Virus record (IMG/VR): IMGVR_UViG_3300021979_000001
Span: 393,166 to 457,165 of that record
Length of the DNA stretch: 64,000 nucleotides
Strand: one strand, 5' to 3'
DNA from: a virus
Lineage: Duplodnaviria > Heunggongvirae > Uroviricota > Caudoviricetes
A model generated the notes under the pieces. That model had not been told where the DNA came from, ran no database searches, and saw only the letters and a list, made by a program, of their open reading frames with translations. Each line of letters opens with the position of its first letter. Position 1 is the first letter of the stretch. Both the position numbers and the translations under genes were made by a program. Shown piece by piece: positions 60,439 to 64,000 of this stretch.

Positions 60439-60705
60439 TCATGTTGATTGACCACCACAAGACCCTTTACCGAAACCAATCCCACCCCCTTGAATAAATC
60501 CATCCCCAAACCCATCCCCCGAACCATAACCCCGACCTTGACCGTCGTCGCACTTATTACCGGAAACAGAACCATTTCCATTACTAAAATTATGGTTATA
60601 CACAAAACTAGAATCGGAACCAGAACCAGAACCAGAACCATACCCAAAAGTGGTTTCATTATTACATGCATTGAGACAAAACATATTGTTTATGGATGTA
60701 TTCAT
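60439..60705 (-). CDS. Gly-Xaa array peptide
   Basis: MNTSINNMFCLNACNNET leader. Confidence 0.78.
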   Translation of the reverse strand: MNTSINNMFCLNACNNETTFGYGSGSGSGSDSSFVYNHNFSNGNGSVSGNKCDDGQGRGYGSGDGFGDGFIQGGGIGFGKGSCGGQST

Positions 60706-60765
60706 AATTATCACATCAGGTAAAAATAAATTAAATCAGAAAACTGTTTCAAATAGTAATATCAA

Positions 60766-61071
60766 TTACGTGTAACCATTGTTATAACTAGCGCCATAAC
60801 CATATCCAAACCCATTACTACCCCCATACTCATCTCCATTCCCATCTCCATACCCATCACCATGCCCATAATGATAATCAAAACCATTAGCAGAACCATT
60901 ATCACTACCATAACCATGACCGGAACCAGAGCCATCCGCATCACCATCCGGTTCGCCATCCCAGGTAAGGGCAACGTCTCCCCAACCATTACCATACCTA
61001 CAATCATGCCCCGGAATGGTTTCATTATTACAGGCATTATTATAAAAAAAATTAGCTATAGATATATTCAT
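60766..61071 (-). CDS. Gly-Xaa array peptide
   Basis: MNISIANFFYNNACNNET leader. Confidence 0.8.
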   Translation of the reverse strand: MNISIANFFYNNACNNETIPGHDCRYGNGWGDVALTWDGEPDGDADGSGSGHGYGSDNGSANGFDYHYGHGDGYGDGNGDEYGGSNGFGYGYGASYNNGYT

Positions 61072-61101
61072 AATTCACGCACCTGGTGAAAATAAGTTAA
61101 A

Positions 61102-61266
61102 TCAGTCACAACCACGACCACCGCTATGACTAAAGCCAGAGCCAGAGCCAGAGCCAGAGCCATGTCTATAGCCGGTGCCATCATCGTTGCCATGTTCAGA
61201 ACCACAATTATAAACCTTTTTGGGTAGATTAGGTTCGTTATAATGCAAATTTATGGATGTATTCAT
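61102..61266 (-). CDS. Gly-Xaa array peptide (54 aa, below ORF-track cutoff)
   Basis: MNTSINLHYNEPNLPKKVYNCGSEHGNDDGTGYRHGSGSGSGSGFSHSGGRGCD. Confidence 0.78.
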   Translation of the reverse strand: MNTSINLHYNEPNLPKKVYNCGSEHGNDDGTGYRHGSGSGSGSGFSHSGGRGCD

Positions 61267-61318
61267 AATTGATCATTACCAGATAAAAAACAAATCACTC
61301 ATATTATAACTTGGGTTA

Positions 61319-61579
61319 TTACCCATTACTAGAAACCTTCCCCTTCCCAAATCCATAACCAAACCCACAACCACCGCCATGATTAACACCGGTGCCAGAG
61401 CCAGAACCATGCCCAGAACCATCCTCAATGCCATAACCATTACCATAACTATCCCCATAACTATCACCATAGCTATCCCCAAAACCATCCCCAAAACCAT
61501 CCCCATTCATATCACCGGACACATAACCATCATGTTGTGACCAGTATTTGATATAATTTAATTTTATGGATATATTCAT
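61319..61579 (-). CDS. Gly-Xaa array peptide
   Basis: MNISIKLNYIKYWSQHD leader. Confidence 0.82.
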   Translation of the reverse strand: MNISIKLNYIKYWSQHDGYVSGDMNGDGFGDGFGDSYGDSYGDSYGNGYGIEDGSGHGSGSGTGVNHGGGCGFGYGFGKGKVSSNG

Positions 61580-61609
61580 AATTCCCACACCGGATGAAAA
61601 TAAATTAAA

Positions 61610-61828
61610 TCAATCTGAAACACTACCACGACCATGACTAGAGCCAGAGTCAGAGCCAAATCCAGACCCATAACCAGACCCAATACCATAGCCACAATTA
61701 TCCCCGTCACCAGAACTTTGGCCCCATCCATAACCGGTTCCATCATAACTGCCAGGTTCAGAACCATAAGTATAAACCTTATTGGGAAAATTGGGTGCTT
61801 TATAATGCAATTTTATGGATATATTCAT
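61610..61828 (-). CDS. Gly-Xaa array peptide
   Basis: MNISIKLHYKAPNFPNKVY leader. Confidence 0.82.
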   Translation of the reverse strand: MNISIKLHYKAPNFPNKVYTYGSEPGSYDGTGYGWGQSSGDGDNCGYGIGSGYGSGFGSDSGSSHGRGSVSD

Positions 61829-61869
61829 AATTGGTCATACCAGGTAAAAAACAAATAGATTATATTAAA

Positions 61870-62118
61870 TTATAACTTTGGGTATTGCCCATTACTAGAA
61901 ACCTTCCCCTTCCCAAATCCATAACCAAACCCACGATCATTCCCATGACCATGACCATTCCCATCACCATGTCCATCCAAATAACTATAACTATACATAT
62001 TCGCACCATCCCCATCACCATAACCATAACCATAATCATCATTATTCACATCGCAAGACACATAATCATCATGGTGTGACCAGGCTTTGATATAATTTAA
62101 TTTTATGGATATATTCAT
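61870..62118 (-). CDS. Gly-Xaa array peptide
   Basis: MNISIKLNYIKAWSHHD leader. Confidence 0.82.
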   Translation of the reverse strand: MNISIKLNYIKAWSHHDDYVSCDVNNDDYGYGYGDGDGANMYSYSYLDGHGDGNGHGHGNDRGFGYGFGKGKVSSNGQYPKL

Positions 62119-62148
62119 AATTCACGCAACGGGCTAAAATAAGTTAAA

Positions 62149-62397
62149 TCAGTCACAACCATGACCGCGACCACGACCAACACCGGTGCCAGAGCCGTAA
62201 CCCGGACCATAACCATGACCATAGCCAGTGCCATGAGCAAAACCAGAACCATCCCCATTACCGTCCCCATCACCATAACCATCTCCATAACCATAACCAT
62301 AACCATCCCCATAACCGGAGCCATAACCATCACTAAACACATAACCATCATTGTATGAACTGGATTTGATATAATTTAATTTTATGTATATATTCAT
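62149..62397 (-). CDS. Gly-Xaa array peptide
   Basis: [12 protein letters not shown] leader; ends GHGCD. Confidence 0.82.
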   Translation of the reverse strand: MNIYIKLNYIKSSSYNDGYVFSDGYGSGYGDGYGYGYGDGYGDGDGNGDGSGFAHGTGYGHGYGPGYGSGTGVGRGRGHGCD

Positions 62398-62427
62398 AAT
62401 TCGCGCACTGGGTGAAAATAAGTTAAA

Positions 62428-62637
62428 TTATTCACACCCATTACCATCACCATGACCATAACCATCACCAGACACATAACCATGACCATAACCATCTCCA
62501 TAACCATAACCATAACCATCCCCATAACTATCACCATCGTTATCACCATAACCATGACCATAACCATCACCAGACACATAATCATCATCATCGTGTGACC
62601 AGGATTTGATATAATTTAATTTTATGGATATATTCAT
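62428..62637 (-). CDS. Gly-Xaa array peptide
   Basis: GGAGAGG SD; [17 protein letters not shown] leader; ends GCE. Confidence 0.82.
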   Translation of the reverse strand: MNISIKLNYIKSWSHDDDDYVSGDGYGHGYGDNDGDSYGDGYGYGYGDGYGHGYVSGDGYGHGDGNGCE

Positions 62638-62667
62638 GATACACCTCTCCGGTAACAATAATTTAAA

Positions 62668-62856
62668 TCATTCACAACCACTACCATACTCAATGCCATA
62701 ACCATTACCATCCCCATCATTATCCCCATAACCGGAGCCATTACCCTGACCATATTCATTACCATAACCGGAGCCATTACCATTCACATCACCAGACATA
62801 TAATCATCATGGTGTGACCCGTATTTGATATAATTCAAGTTTATGGATATAGTCAT
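62668..62856 (-). CDS. Gly-Xaa array peptide
   Basis: GGAG SD; MTISINLNYIKYGSHHD leader; ends GCE. Confidence 0.82.
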   Translation of the reverse strand: MTISINLNYIKYGSHHDDYMSGDVNGNGSGYGNEYGQGNGSGYGDNDGDGNGYGIEYGSGCE

Positions 62857-62886
62857 GATATGTCGCTCCGGTAAAAATAAGTTAAA

Positions 62887-62985
62887 TCATTTACAACCAC
62901 TACCATAACCATAACCATACCCATCCCCATCACCATTCACATCGCCAAACACATATTCATCATGGTGTGACATGGATATATTCAT
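62887..62985 (-). CDS. Minimal Gly-Xaa array peptide (32 aa) with in-frame leader deletion
   Basis: [32 protein letters not shown]. Confidence 0.7.
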   Translation of the reverse strand: MNISMSHHDEYVFGDVNGDGDGYGYGYGSGCK

Positions 62986-63015
62986 AATTCACGCAACGGG
63001 ATAAAATAAGTTAAA

Positions 63016-63252
63016 TCAGTCACAACCATGACCACGACCACGACCAACACCGGTGCCAGAGCCATAACCCGGACCATAACCATGACCATAGCCAGAGCCA
63101 TCACCATAACCATCTCCATCACCGTCCCCATCCCCATCATCATCGCCATAACCATCTCCATCACCTTCCCCATCACCATAACCATCACTAAACACATAAC
63201 CATCATCGTGTGACCAGGCTTTGATATAATTTAATTTTATGGATATATTCAT
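63016..63252 (-). CDS. Gly-Xaa array peptide
   Basis: MNISIKLNYIKAWSHDD leader; ends GHGCD. Confidence 0.82.
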   Translation of the reverse strand: MNISIKLNYIKAWSHDDGYVFSDGYGDGEGDGDGYGDDDGDGDGDGDGYGDGSGYGHGYGPGYGSGTGVGRGRGHGCD

Positions 63253-63282
63253 AATTGGCGCGCCGGGTGAAAATAAGTTAAC

Positions 63283-63531
63283 TCATTCACGACCACAACC
63301 ATAACCACCGCCATGACTAACACCAGAGCCAGAACCATCACCATTACTATAACCATCCCCCAAACCAGTCCCCGAACCATCCCCATTACCAGCCCCATCC
63401 CCATCACCATAACCATCCCCATTACCAGCCCCATCACCATAACCATAACCATTCCCATCCCCATCCCAATCATCATCGCCATCATGGTGTGACCAGGATT
63501 TGATATAATTTAATTTTATGGATATATTCAT
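63283..63531 (-). CDS. Gly-Xaa array peptide
   Basis: [17 protein letters not shown] leader; ends GCGRE. Confidence 0.82.
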   Translation of the reverse strand: MNISIKLNYIKSWSHHDGDDDWDGDGNGYGYGDGAGNGDGYGDGDGAGNGDGSGTGLGDGYSNGDGSGSGVSHGGGYGCGRE

Positions 63532-63561
63532 AATTCGCGCACTGGATGAAAATAAGTTAAA

Positions 63562-63828
63562 TTATTCACACCCATGACCACGACCATAACCATAACCATA
63601 ACTATCCTCAAATCCATTCCCATTCCCAAGCCCTCTCCCAAAAACATGACCGTCACCATTCCCCGAACCATACCCATTACCAGCCCCATTCCCATAATAT
63701 GAGACATAACCAGAACCAAAACCATCACCATTCCCAATACCAGAACCATTCCCATCCCCATCCCAATCATCATCGCCATCATGGTGTGACCAGGATTTGA
63801 TATAATTTAATTTTATGGATATATTCAT
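63562..63828 (-). CDS. Gly-Xaa array peptide
   Basis: [17 protein letters not shown] leader; ends GHGCE. Confidence 0.82.
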   Translation of the reverse strand: MNISIKLNYIKSWSHHDGDDDWDGDGNGSGIGNGDGFGSGYVSYYGNGAGNGYGSGNGDGHVFGRGLGNGNGFEDSYGYGYGRGHGCE

Positions 63829-63858
63829 AATTCGCGCACTGGGTGAAAATAAGTTAAA

Positions 63859-64000
63859 TTATTCACACCCACTACCATACTCAATACCAAAACCAGTCCC
63901 AAAACCAGTCCCCGAACCATCCCCATTACCAGCCCCATCCCCATCACCATCCCCATACCCATTACCGGCCCCATCACCATAACTATAATCATAACCATCC
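63859..64000 (-). CDS. Gly-Xaa array peptide (5' end outside window)
   Basis: ...DGYDYSYGDGAGNGYGDGDGDGAGNGDGSGTGFGTGFGIEYGSGCE* followed by the conserved spacer. Confidence 0.8.
   Translation of the reverse strand, partial: DGYDYSYGDGAGNGYGDGDGDGAGNGDGSGTGFGTGFGIEYGSGCE

Larger units (their letters stand above)
56423..64000 (-). repeat. Tandem array of at least 29 paralogous leader + (Gly-Xaa)n peptide genes; continues past the window edge
   Basis: In 60.7-64 kb a ~85-bp conserved junction (stop-TTTAACTTATTTTCACCCAGTGCGCGAATT-ATGAATATATCCATAAAATTAAATTATATCAAATCCTGGTCACACCATGAT) recurs every ~130-370 bp; diverged copies continue leftwards. Confidence 0.92.

Noticed and set aside
56731-63213. 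Plus-strand Thr/Ile-rich ORFs ([14 protein letters not shown]...)
   Set aside because: Antisense shadows of the GGN-NNN repeats, with no conserved starts or RBS
60700-64000. CRISPR array (constant repeat alternating with variable segments)
   Set aside because: Repeats are ~85 bp and include a start codon and coding leader; the variable parts are mostly 100-300 bp, homologous to each other and in frame; no cas genes in the window
60700-64000. Stop-codon read-through polyprotein or recoded genetic code
   Set aside because: Units are in frame, but both TAA and TGA end them, several spacers contain extra in-frame stops (e.g. 62119-62148, 62986-63015, 61072-61101), and long genes elsewhere are intact under the standard code
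56423-64000. Integron cassette array or diversity-generating retroelement
   Set aside because: No attC-like imperfect palindromes, integrase or reverse transcriptase seen; variation is by indels and shuffling, not adenine-specific

Overview
This window looks like part of a large (probably jumbo) tailed-phage genome. It has no rRNA or tRNA, dense AT-rich genes, and T4-type late promoters (TAAATA) in front of structural genes. 1-16.1 kb is mostly a minus-strand virion/tail module: an FG-GAP propeller, a RyR-domain protein, a 3-TM holin-like protein, a fibre with an autocleaving chaperone domain, and repeat-rich fibres. 17.5-22 kb holds ClpA, DnaJ and an Rz/Rz1-like spanin pair. 22.05-23.03 kb is a ~1 kb gap without a credible gene, packed with helices, a candidate large structured RNA or origin. 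23-56 kb is accessory and metabolic: a Pnkp-like phosphatase, an HNH nuclease, ThyX, a PLP enzyme, five radical SAM enzymes (two B12-dependent), a 2OG/Fe oxygenase-like protein, a dienelactone hydrolase, ART-like proteins and four tandem paralogue families. The standout is 56.4-64 kb and beyond the window edge: a co-oriented array of at least 29 small genes. Each has a conserved leader ([17 protein letters not shown] in the youngest copies), a hypervariable (Gly-Xaa)n core and often a GCE/GCD end. The youngest copies are joined by a conserved 30-nt spacer, and the array shows a divergence gradient, pseudogenes and module shuffling. It lies directly upstream of a twitch/SPASM-type radical SAM gene, making it a candidate phage-encoded diversifying peptide (RiPP-like) system. 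All functional calls come from motif recognition by eye; no database searches were run.
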